A stretch of 64,000 bases of DNA from Podarcis tiliguerta (taxonomy: Eukaryota), in NCBI GenBank assembly GCA_965153285.1, contig OZ229116.1; one strand, given 5' to 3'. Below the pieces are notes generated by a model. It worked only from the letters and a program-made list of their open reading frames with translations. It made no database searches and was not told the DNA's origin. Shown here in pieces: positions 52,607 to 64,000 of the stretch. How positions within the stretch are numbered: the stretch's first letter is position 1; each line of letters opens with the position of its first letter. Position numbers and translations under genes: made by a program.

Positions 52607-52765
52607 CTTTATTACAAAAGTATTCCACTTCTTCACAGCTCAGATTCCCAGGCTCAAATTCTGCAGAAAAGCTTCCCTCCAGAGGAAAGTCTTCTTTGGA
52701 GATAATGTCATTTCCCTCCGATAGACACTCTTCTTCTTCATCCTCAACAGCATCCTCAAGGGGGC
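52607..52765 (-). CDS. ZFPM2: ZFPM2/FOG2 coding exon 2 (159 nt, phase 1-1): (R)[52 protein letters not shown](G)
   Basis: Manual minus-strand translation matches recalled human FOG2 residues ~14-67 ([54 protein letters not shown]). Acceptor tttctttaaag|GC, donor AAG|gtaatc. Confidence 0.97.
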
Positions 52766-53070
52766 CTTTAAAGAAACCAACAACATTGTACCAACATAAT
52801 GTACAAGTAGTCGCATAATAAAAGTGTAAAGTTGGACATCTGTACCTAAGGTTTCATAGAAGTAGATGATCACAGAAGTAGATGGTCTTCCATAGGTGGC
52901 TCTTCTTAATTAGCTTGGCCTTTAAAATGTTCCTTACAGTGCACGCCTACTCAGCAGCAAGTCCAATTGAGTTCAATGGATCTCACTCCCAAGTACCTTT
53001 ATAGGCGTGCGACTTAAACCAACCTTATTTTTTCTAAGCTATATCAAATACAAACAACTGAAGTAAAATA

Positions 53071-53329
53071 CTGAGGATGCTCGGGTTGGAAACGTGATCC
53101 ACGCGGGATGCAAGTTTGCAACCCGCAGCGTTCGCACCCCGCGTCTGCACGTCTGTGCACGTGCGGGTTGCGATTCGGTGCTTCTGCGCATGCGCAAAGT
53201 GCAATTTAGTGCTTCTGAGCATGCGTGACTGCCAAAACCTGGAAGTAACCCGTTCCAGTACTCCGGATTTCGGCAGTCCGCAATCCGAAAAAACGCAACC
53301 TGAAGCGGACACAACATGAGGTATGATTG
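53071..53329. mobile_element. Tc1/mariner MITE family A, CpG-rich copy
   Basis: TA TSDs; right end acaacatgaggtatgattg; homologous to 21677 and 33545. Confidence 0.85.
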
Positions 53330-53334
53330 TATGA

Positions 53335-53587
53335 ATGGCAGTCCTTATTTTCTGTGGTGGCCCCTCGTTTTGGGTATGCTAGCCTGGCACCTTCATTATA
53401 TATATTTAGGGGCCAAGAGAGAACATTTCTCTTATCTCAGGCCTATGGCTAAATAAACAATCTATGGCCTTTTAAACTGTGGGAGGGTATTGGTTTTTTT
53501 GCTATTGTTTTAAGTATTTTTGTGTTTTGCCTGTGCTTCCTAGATGAAGGGTGCTATATAAATTAAACAAACAAACAAACAATAAAT
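53335..53587 (+). mobile_element. L2 3' end
   Basis: tctgtggtggcccctcgttt...cctggcaccttc...caggcct...gatgaagggtgctatataaat followed by an (AAAC)n tail. Confidence 0.7.
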
Positions 53588-54704
53588 AGCAGGACCCTCA
53601 CTGCCTTTCAGTGAAATACGATTGACCTCTAATCAGGGAATTCCATAGCCGTGGTGTCACCACTGAAAATATCCTGGGGGCCCATTTTTCATGCTATGCC
53701 GACTAATGGAACCACATCTCTCCCAGACTACAGATTTTGAACAATATCAATGGCGGGATGGGGGCAGGGATAAGTATACACCATCTGCTTTCATGTCAAA
53801 AATATACTTGTGAATTATCCTGTTTTATAGTACTATACTACCTCTGTATTCAATAACCAGCTAAGTATTTCTAGTATCAATGGTCTTATTTTATATTTGA
53901 TAAGTAGATAGGGTACTTGAAATGAGAATCTCAGAATACTTTTGAAGACAAAGCTAAAGGTAAATAATTCTGTCAATCATGACTTTAGTCTCTAAAAACA
54001 ATGATAATCAGAGCCTTCAACTTATATACACAAAAACATTTCAGGAAAGCAGACAGGCAAGACTTGAAAGAAGAAATACAACACATTCCTCAAAAGGAGG
54101 TGGAGAATGATATAATGATATAATGGAATACCCCTCTTGTATTTGAGCAACGGAATCTATCCTATTTGAAGGCTCCTTTTTCATTGTTATTTGCTACTAC
54201 TTAACAAGCATTTATCTGTACATTTTAATAAAATAAACCACCAACCTGCTTACCCACATGGCAGTATGGATAATACACATTTACCCATAACTGGTCTACC
54301 CCATCACTGTATTATGTCAATGCCCAGGCATGGAAACAAAGAAACACTGAAACTGAACATTATTATTTTATATTCTAGAAAGGAATATGGTATATTTTAA
54401 TGAAACTAAATTTACTATATAGTGACAAGTTGTAACCTTATATAGTGCACTTAGAGTGACATTTGCCCTCTACTTTGGGGATTCCTGTCAGTTATTCTGA
54501 GATCCCATTATTAGAATCACAAGCATTCCTAGAAATGTACACCTCTGGAAGAGCTCTTTGAAGCAGACAGGATGAGGTCAAAAAAGTGTACTTCATCTCA
54601 GTCTCCAGAGGCAAACTGATAAATCAAATTCCAAGTCCTATCAACTTTCAGGTCTACCCAAATGCCAAGTGACTAGAACAATATCTTATGCTCTATCTAT
54701 CTAA

Positions 54705-54706
<2 letters not shown>

Positions 54707-54749
<43 letters not shown>
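54707..54749. repeat. (TA)n microsatellite
   Basis: Read directly. Confidence 0.95.
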
Positions 54750-54750
<1 letters not shown>

Positions 54751-57700
54751 CCACCCACCCATTCTGAAGTGAATGCTGGAAGCTGAATCCTCGTCTCTCT
54801 CTGAACAAAGTAGTCACAAAGTAAGTCTTAAAAGAAGGGATTCCAATGATTATGATTATGATTATTTTGTAATGCTGACACACATCTCAAGCCCATGTTA
54901 TTCAGACCTTTCCAGTGTTGAGGCTCAGCACAGGCTCATTTTTACCACTTGACTATGAACCTAAAATAACTGCAGTGAGGGCATTTGGTAGTATCTGGGA
55001 CCTAACCAGGGTTCTTACTGTCCACTATTTGAATTTAAAGAGGTAATAGAGGTTTGGTCAGGGAAACCCTGTGATACTCCCAATCACAAGCAGGATGGAA
55101 CTCCAACTTTTAAACAGGTTCAAGGTTAAAACTATTTCTTTGCTACTTATTATGAAAAAACTGTAAATCATTTTCTCAAGTCCTTTCTGAGTTTGCCTGA
55201 CAGCAGTTAACAAGGATGGGGAGGATACAGAGGTGTTCCTGGACACAGCAAATCCACACAAACCTGATGTAATTGAGCTTAACAGCAAGGCAAAAGCTAT
55301 TTTTTTCTGGCCAAGGAAAATGGGAGCTATTTAAAATGAACAAGTTCTTCCTGCAGCCACTCACTTTTAACATAAGTTGCATCAGGGGATCTGTAGGAAA
55401 GAAACATTTTTATTAATTTTTTCCTTATCTGAGAGAAGAATGTTGATTTTTTTCATTTACGTTCCTTGCCTGCAGGTAGCAGACCAGAGAATCATATAGT
55501 AGAAATTTTTTTCCTTTTGATTAATTTCATTCCATGTGTTATGTTATTTTTATATATAATTGATTTCAGGTTTTGCTCATAGCTGTACATCTTTTTTATA
55601 TCTCTACCTACTGCCTTCGTTCAATCAAGAAAGTTGAAGGAAATTACCTGAATTTTGTTAAGTTTATTAAAAAAAAGAGCTCTGTGAATATTTAAATTGA
55701 GTTTTGAAATGCTAATACAAGAAAGATATTAGAGAATTTTAATGGTGGGTTCCATTTGACCCACAGACTATTGAAGAAAGGGTCAAATTTTATTCAAATT
55801 ATTTCTTTACAGTAAAAAATAATATATGAACCCTTTGATTTTATAAAAGTGGATTAACATTCATCCTTGCTCAATCTTTTGGCACTTTGGTACATGACAG
55901 AATTAACTGGGGTTGTGTATAAAGTTTTCAAAAGCCTTTAGATGTTTGAGTAGTTTAGAACTTTACTTTCAATAATATCTCTTCCACTTGTCTCTTTTGA
56001 ATAATACTAAAAGATCTCAAATAAACTTCTATCTGCTGCTGTTTTTCCCCCTAGAGCCTGTGCCAGATGAAGCTAGGTTCACTCACAGAAAGCTATTGTA
56101 ATGAAAAGAAACAGTATGTAAGAATTGTTCTGAAATACAGGTGTCAGGATGTGTTCTTCATTGCATCACTTACAATTCTCTTATTCTATTTATGATTTGT
56201 AAAAAAAATCATATTGGTGTACAAAAACAGACTTTGCAGGTAATATATTTGCAGGGAAAACATTTTGCGTGCTGGCTTGTTTGTTTTTCTTCCAAGAAAA
56301 GTGACTCAATAGAGCAGAGACAGACCAAGGAAAGCAAACATGGCACACTGCAGATATGTCTGGACTACAGCTTCCATCATTGTCGTCCACTGGCCATGCA
56401 GGCTGGAAGTTGTAGTCCAGCAATATCTGCAGGGCACTTTGTTTCCTATCTCTGACCCAGACACAGAGAGAAGTTAATTGTATGCTGGAGCAGGGGTGGC
56501 TAATATGTGGCCCTCCAGATGTTGCCGGACTACAACCTTTGTAATTATTGACTATTGGCCATGCTGCCTGTCCTACATACCCCCTGCTCAGAAAGGTAAA
56601 CAGCCGATAGTTAATTCTTTATTGACAAAAGTACACTCAGCAGTTCCTAAGATGCATCAGATACACACACAAACACTTACTTCTAGCGTCTACTTAAGCT
56701 GGCATTAACTTTTCCAAGTTCATGCCTAGCGGAGCAGCTGAAGCAACATTGGAACCATGCCTCCATCCTCCAGACTTACGTACCCTCATTTGATGAAGTG
56801 CGCATGCACAACCTGAGGCTTCTCCTGCACTTCCCTCTTCAAATCTCTGGTTCTAGGAGACAGAGGAGCAAGGGAATGTGGGGGTTTGAATGCCCCATTC
56901 CTTGCCTGAACAGCCGTTTCCTCCGCTTCTGACATATCCTGCGCCCCCACCTCCATTTCTGACTGCTCAGACCCTTCCCCTACCCACCCCAAACTCCTGC
57001 CCCACGGGTGGCATCAAACTCCTTAAATCATGGGCCTCATGTCCTGGGCCAGCCTTCGACCCCCCCTCCCCAACCTCTGTAAGACACTCGTCAAAGCCCC
57101 ACCAGTCCCTGTTATTGCTGGAGCCTGATGAGAGGCGGAGTTCAGTTTTAGTGAGAGAAATTAACTGGTGGGAGTTGTGGGGGCAGGGAAGGACATGGAT
57201 GATTAAGAACCTTAAGATGCACAAGAAGGGAAGGATGAAGCAGAAAATGGATATGAGAAGAGAATACTATAATGTAAAAGAAAAGCACTAGAAGAGTGAT
57301 TATAAAAATGTTGTGAATAAAATGGAAGTCCCAAAGAAAAGGAGAGGCAAGATGAACTAAGCAGAAAAGGGAGAGTCAGCATTTACTTGAAAAAGTGGGA
57401 AGTCTGTCTGTCTATCTATCTATGTATCATCTATCTATCTAACATCTGTTTAAAAAATCGTGAAAGGAAGCTAATCCATGTTAAGAAATATTGTTTGTTA
57501 ACTTTACATATTCCCTTTGGCTATTTTAGAAAAGTAATACTAAATTTTTCAAGAGGCTTCCAATTGATACATGGTCAGGGGGAAAGTAAAAAAAATGATC
57601 CATTTATCAACAAGCAGTATACACTGTAAGTACTAGTATTATGAACTTGTATTATGTAGTCATCTCCCATTCCAACCTGTTGCAGGAAATAAAAATAGGA

Positions 57701-58624
57701 TGCACATAAGAACTTTGACGCCCCTAATGATGTTGCTCAAGAGAATTTAATGGCCAGCATATGTGCAACAAGCACATTCAAGATCAAAGAAAATGAAAGC
57801 TGATTGGGGTAGGACATGGAGGGAGCTTGCCCTTTTCAGGAAGATGTCAAATCTGAGCCCCTCTGCAATACCACTTTGGAACTGGTGCATTTTTTTAAAA
57901 AAGAGGAGGGAAATACCACCTTTCTGTCTTGATGGGCATATTAGTAAAGCACTGCCACTCCTGCCTTCCTGGCCCCCTTGCAGAATTGCTTTCAAAGCCT
58001 TTAAACACACTCTTCACACTTAGATAACAAGGTTTGTTTACAAACATGTTGCATAGCAATTTAAAAAATGCTATACCAACAACACCTAGTTACATTCTGA
58101 GTAATTTCCGAGTATTTTATCCATGCATATTTTGCTCATCATACATTTGCACTGAATTCTTGACTCCACGCATACTTAAGATCATGTTATTGTTTACATG
58201 GCAATCTAACCTGAGATGAAATTTTCCTATCATAAAAGCTCCAATTAACCATGGGCTCTTTTCTTTGCTCTCAATTTGCATCAGTCACTGTGATTAACCC
58301 CTCGAAGACACAAACAAATCAGCAGCCAAAACAAGCCTGTCTTTTTTTATAGAAAAAAAATTAAGACAAGTGATTGCATAGATCCAACAAAAGAGGCATA
58401 TAGCTGTCTGCAATGTAAGTAATTTCACTTTTAAAGTCTACTAGTCAGACAACTTAGTATTGACACTGTATATTATAATATTGCACTGGGAATGATGCTT
58501 TTTAACGTGTCCAAAAGTTAGGGATAAGCTGTGAAGTGGCCAGGTTTGCTACTTACATCAAATTATTCATGGTAGAAAAAACAAAACAAAAAGAGATTAC
58601 AAAGAGCTTCAAAAGATGGGATAT

Positions 58625-59112
58625 AAATGGGTGAACAGGCAATCAAATGGCAAATGTACTGCATTATAGACATCAAATGGCAAATGTACTGCATTATAGA
58701 CATTTGGGCAAAAACAAAAACCCTAGATAAAGTCTGAACTCACAATGACAAGTCAGGAAAGAGATCTCAAAATCATGCTGGACAGCTCCACTACGAAGAT
58801 GTTGATCAAGTATGCAGTAGTTATGAAAAAAGTATGCCAGGGATCATTAGGAAAGGGATCAAAAATAAAACTGCTAGTGTTGTTGTGCCTACCTGTGGTG
58901 CAATCATACCTGGAATACTATGTACAGTTCTGCCTGCTGCAGGTGAGAGTCAAACTAAATATTACATTAGCTAGGTAGCTGTACCCTTTAAGTGCCTTCC
59001 ACATAAAGGCACTGCTCTGTAGATAACACATTGCAGTTTGACCCTAAAAAAGGATACTGTTGAGCTGGAAAAGGTGCATAAAAGAGCAACTAAAATTATT
59101 AAGGGGCTGGAA
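58625..59112 (+). mobile_element. Degenerate CR1 ORF2 fragment with an internal duplication and a small insertion
   Basis: Remnant peptides QERDL, YLEYYVQF and KKDTVELEKVHKRATKIIKGLE match the CR1 RT C-terminal region. Confidence 0.85.
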
Positions 59113-60054
59113 ATCAATGCTATTAACGTAACTAAGTATGTAGTGACAGGCACTTTGCTACTATATATTGACATATGGGAACCCATGAAAAATGTTAACA
59201 GAAGAGGGAGGGAGAAAAGGGTTGGGTCAAATATATTATCCGTACACACACACCTCACTCAATGAAGCAAGTTCTAGAGAGTGGAACCACTTCAGCCACC
59301 CTATGTTCCAGATGAAGTAGGGAATAGTTTCCACTATAAGTCGCAATGCCCTTTTTATTGTACACACAAAGTCATAACTATTTTGTTTACTATTTATAGG
59401 ACTCAGGAGTCAAAAACATCTTTACAAATCTGTTTACTTAATCTGGTAGGCATCACAAAAATTTGTATTGGAAGTTCACTATAATGTTTTTGCTAAGTTT
59501 TGCTTTGTATCACATCAAACAACTTTCCTATCCTGCCTGTTTATATTCCTCATATATTTACAGACAACTTATTGTATTCCCTTTAATAGCTAATTTATCA
59601 AATTGCACACTTCAGTGACTATCTCATCTGTCCTCAATAGTCAATTACAGAAGCTTTTCAATCTTTTTGTTGTTCTACTCTCGAAATTTTTTCGAATTCC
59701 TTAGTGCTGATGTGCTTCCTTTATTCAGATTTATTTATTTTATTCTAGATGTATTCTTGGCAAAGAATTTCTCTCCATCCTGTGTTGCAATCATTTTAAC
59801 AATTGTTTATACGTACACACTTATTTTGCAATTATAGTCCAAGAGTGTAAAGCAACAAACAGAACTGCTACTGGAATTCTGTGTATCTTAGCAGAGAACA
59901 TGTACCAGCAGTGTTTTTTGTGTTGCACCCCATTGCTGAAATCCGTTCTGGTTTCCTGAAACTCAATTCACAGGTGGAGGTGCTCCACCCAGAATCATTT
60001 CAATGACTCCATTCTATCTATACTTTTCCTTTGTGTACGCATATCTACTTGTAT

Positions 60055-60225
60055 GAGGAAGCCATAGCTCAATGTGCTTTGTGGTCCCAGGTTCAATCCT
60101 TGATATCCTAAGAGGATCAGGTAGTAGGTGACCCAAAATACTCCCGTCTGAGACCCTAAAGAGCCATTGTCAGTCAGAACAGATAATACTGGGAAAGATG
60201 GAGAAATAGACAGATTTTGTATAAG
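60055..60225 (+). mobile_element. Squam3-like SINE (degenerate)
   Basis: gccatagctca...ggtcccaggttcaatcct...gtctgagaccctaaagagccattgtcagtcag...aatactg. Confidence 0.65.
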
Positions 60226-63164
60226 TTTTTGCAGTAAATTTATAGAGTGCCACCTATGTGCACAAGGGTTGTGTGCCTGCATTTCAGAGGATAAAATGAG
60301 CTTGACAAGTGCACAATATTTTAGTACCTCAAAGCAGTGTGCAGAATAAAAAGAGGTTCACAATTTTGCAAATGGAAAAAGAAACCCTATGGAAAACCAT
60401 CTAGGAGGCAAATTAGCAATTGACCGAAACATTACCCATTGTAAGTGTGTAAGAAAGCTAACACCATCCTGGAGAGCTGTTAAAACACTGACATTTTTAA
60501 AGACTGCTCTTAATAGGATAGAAGGGAGTTAAAATTAAAGTGTAAAATATTATAATAATATATTATAGTAGTAATAATAATGGTCAGCCATTGTTAGTAA
60601 TACAGACGAAACATAAAAAATGGCTTGCAGCCCTGCTTGTCACAGGCAATATAACATGATTGTCCCATACAGTAATAGAAATTCTTTTGAAAATAATTAG
60701 ATTTCCAAGATGGACATTTTTATAGAAGTGACATTGCTATTAAAAAAAATGAGCGTAAAACTCTATAGACCACGATATTACAAAATGTCACCATGCATTA
60801 TAATAACATGTGGGTACTATTGCAAGGATATATGGAAAACGGAAGGATGTTGGTTGGGGAACAGAGTTATACTACAAGAGTTACAAGGGATACGAATCTG
60901 AAGACATAAGAAATGCAATAGTAATATCTGGAAGGTCTGCATACACTCCTGAAAGTCATCTTTATTGTCTTTTTTTCTCCTTTACAAATATTCCATTCCT
61001 ACCCCCCTTACTCTTTTATCATTAGTGGCACACAAGCCATTAAATGCAAGTTTATTATTTTCTCTTACATAATGTATGATTTCTTTGTTAAATTAAACTG
61101 AGCATCAATATTTACAGATTACTATCAGTAAAAATAGCACAAGAAATTGTAATAATGTCACTAGCATAATACTTAATTGCTGTGTAATTATTTAGGACAA
61201 GATCGTTCGAATATTTCCTTTAAAGTATCTGTGCATGTTCCCGCTTGATGTCCCAGCAAAGGAACACTCGAGAAAGGATTTATTCTCATCATCAGAATCC
61301 AGACTTTGGTGGAAAAATTAGTAAACAGCTATTCTGTTGCCAAACCATACACTCAGATGTTCTTCCAGCTTCTGCTGGCATGCAATGTGGATTTTTAGGG
61401 TGCAATTCAAGATAGTTTTGACTTCACTGGATACTTATCCCCAACTTCCAATCCCGGTCAAAAAAAACCCCCAAAACAGCCTTCATAGATATGTTTGCTT
61501 TGCTGTTTGTGAGCCCAAAGTTTCAAAAGTCTGGATCAGGCAACAAGGACAGAGCTCCTGCTCACCTTTCTCTGGCTTCTAAGAGACTCCTGGTTCCTGT
61601 ATGCACACAAATGTTTAACAAAACAAATGTGGGCCTATGAGAACATGTGTACATGTTTCCAGGTAAAGAAATATTACAAATTAAGAGCTAATATTCAGGG
61701 GATTTCTCATCACAAATTGGAGCCTGAGGAAAGGTCACCAGTTTGGACTGAGAGAAATCATATAACTGGCTGCAGTGAAAAAGGTTTTAAAGAATGGCTA
61801 ACTTCAGTATGCTCCATATAGCTCTTTTCATTAGATGTACACATATACCATCTGAAAGCCTCTCAAAACGGCTTTGAGTGTTCTTAGGCATCTAGTTACT
61901 TTTGCTTGCATCTTTTGAAAACAGTAAGGCAAGGAGAAGGAAGAAAATACCACTTTCTGGATGGTGACATAGAGGAGCATTGCCCCACCAACCACATTAG
62001 CTGTGGGAGACATGAGACAGAAGTAGAGGCAGGAGGAAACTGACGTAAACACCACTCAGGTTCACAGCTGCTGATTGACTGAGTATTCAGAGTGGGCTGG
62101 AGGAAGACTACAAGGATGACAGTGGATCTTTGAAGAGAGTTATTGAAACTTCCAAGGAATAACAAAAACTCTGATCCTAGCTGGAGCATTACCAAGCATG
62201 TCAAGCATCTGTTTCAATTCTAGCCAGAAAGAAGACAGGAACTTGAGAAAGGTTTAAGGATTAATGTCCATCCAAACCCTTTGAAATGCAATAAAAAAAC
62301 TGAAGTGGTGCTAATATAGGTGTTAGAAAATGCATGTGTTGTTTACATTGAAAAATATATCTTTCAGAAACCAGAAAAGCATAATACAGTCCTCATACTT
62401 AATGCCAAAAAATAGGAAACACAAATGAAAAAGGATTTTCTTTTGGTCTTTCTTCATGGTGAAGTAGTACCTAGCAGAAAACCTAAAAGCAGAACTTAAA
62501 CTAGTGCCTTCCTAGGCCATCCAAAAGGGAATATGGACCTTTAGTGATTTTCAAATATCAGAGCAAGTTTATATGCAGCCATGCTACCGGTGGCTTTCCG
62601 TGAGCTGGAGTACAGATGAAGGAATTCATGCAAAGAGTCACCTCATCCCTGGAAAGCATTAGGTTGCTTGTTAATAACACTTTCTTTGATATTCTCTTTA
62701 ATTGCACATTTGCTGGACCTTATTGGCTATCCAGCAAGGCAGTGCAGGGTGCTGCTCACAGACAGGGTATTGTCTTCTGGGTATGTGAGGATGTACTTAA
62801 AGTATACAGAAAAATAGTAGTTTTGGAGAACTGTCCCTGATACCACACACAGGTGAGAAGCATAGTTCACCTTCCATGCTATACTACTCAGGTTTGGGGC
62901 TGACTGACAGCTTCTTGTGCAATCAGCCTGAAAAGCTACCAACCTGGAAAGCTATCCCACAATGCTGCTACCTTACTACACCAATATGCCAACACAAACC
63001 TACACTAGAAATAGTAGAGATAGTGTTATTTTTTAAGCCTGGTGATGCTATATCAATTAATATGACTGGCTCTTCCATCCTCCTTACCTCTCCCCTCCAA
63101 AGAAAAAATGGTTTTGTATTTTCTGTGGATAGCAGCAATATGGTTTCAAAATGGATGGGGGACC

Positions 63165-63243
63165 GTGTGTTGAGATTCCAGCATTGCAGGGAGTTGGACT
63201 AGCTGACCTCAGAGCAATGTCCAACTCTACAATTACATGATTC
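63165..63243 (+). mobile_element. CR1 3' end
   Basis: gattccagcattgcagggagttggactagctgacct...tccaactctacaattacatgattc. Confidence 0.7.
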
Positions 63244-64000
63244 AGGGATGGGCGTGTCTGTGATAAGAACTCTGCACACTCTTGTATTTCAGTATTACTT
63301 GGTTTAGAAAATACAAATTACTGTATTTGCCTTAAGGTTTTGTTGTGCAGCCAGCACATTTGGATGCGGTGTTTTTGGTTCACACAGTGCCTACCCTTCA
63401 GTGGCTCAAGCAACTGGATAATCTACAGGCAGATCAGAGCATTTTGTGTTGATATTTTAGTATTGTTGTTATGGCTTATAGCCAAACGAATAAGTGCTTA
63501 GGATAAAAGACAACATTTGCAACAACCACTATATTACCATGCTCATCTATTGCACAGAACTAATCTGGCAATGACTCAGCAACTGGAACCCTAAAGGCTT
63601 TTTCATCCACAATAGGACAGCTACACTGGCATTATCCAACACATATATTAAGAAGCAACCTTTTAGAGAGAAATTACAGCTGATGAGCAGCACAGCCATA
63701 TCCCACAAGCACAGGATGTTGAAATTACACTCTTGTGTGCCACTGATTTATAGTCCAAAGGGGGTAATATCAGATGTCGATATAGCTTGTACCCATTGGG
63801 AACATGGATGGTAGATGTGAACAGTGGGATGGGGCAGTAATAAGCCAGTTTTAGGCATAATCTGTGAAGGGAGATAGCCATGGAGGGATATTGAGATGGT
63901 TTCATCTGTTCTAGACAGACCACAAGTGACATGAGTATGTAAAGGCAGACAAGGTAATCAGCATTTCAACTCTGAACTGTGCATTCTATTACATTCTAAG

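Larger units (their letters stand above)
52766..64000 (-). other. ZFPM2: ZFPM2 intron 1 (partial)
   Basis: Upstream of the exon 2 acceptor; no MSRRKQSKPRQIK exon 1 or CpG-island promoter seen. Confidence 0.85.

Noticed and set aside
52713-52718. Apparent lizard equivalent of the human ZFPM2 E30G variant
   Set aside because: Counting from the recalled human sequence, the lizard keeps E30; the Gly is at position 31.
52640-52873. 77-aa minus-strand ORF over exon 2
   Set aside because: Wrong reading frame of ZFPM2 exon 2; relevant only as the frame entered if the 26-nt microexon were used.
1-64000. Novel prokaryote-style system (CRISPR, operon, defence island) or a new protein-coding gene
   Set aside because: The sequence is vertebrate intron. 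There are no regularly spaced repeat-spacer arrays, and ORFs are at most 150 aa and explained by chance, microsatellites or TEs.

Overview
This is vertebrate genomic DNA, not prokaryotic: AT-rich, CpG-depleted, with two N-gaps, many microsatellites and dense squamate repeats. Sauria SINE, Squam3-like SINE, CR1, L2, Rex1 and hAT/Tc1-mariner MITEs point to a lizard; lacertid is my inference. The whole window lies inside the minus-strand gene ZFPM2 (FOG2). Only two coding exons are present: exon 2 (52607-52765, 159 nt) and exon 3 (40601-40702, 102 nt), separated by an 11,904-nt intron. The rest is intron 1 (right) and intron 3 (left). Nearly all supplied ORFs are spurious or TE remnants, and neither real exon appears in its correct frame in the ORF track. 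I found no novel protein-coding system. The best leads are: a candidate 26-nt frame-shifting microexon upstream of exon 2; dense intronic GATA-site clusters, including a palindromic double GATA, suggesting GATA-to-FOG2 feedback enhancers; a MITE family carrying NRF1/ETS motifs, with one copy about 305 bp upstream of exon 2; and 3-4-level nested transposon stacks. Family names and human comparisons come from recalled sequences, not database searches.
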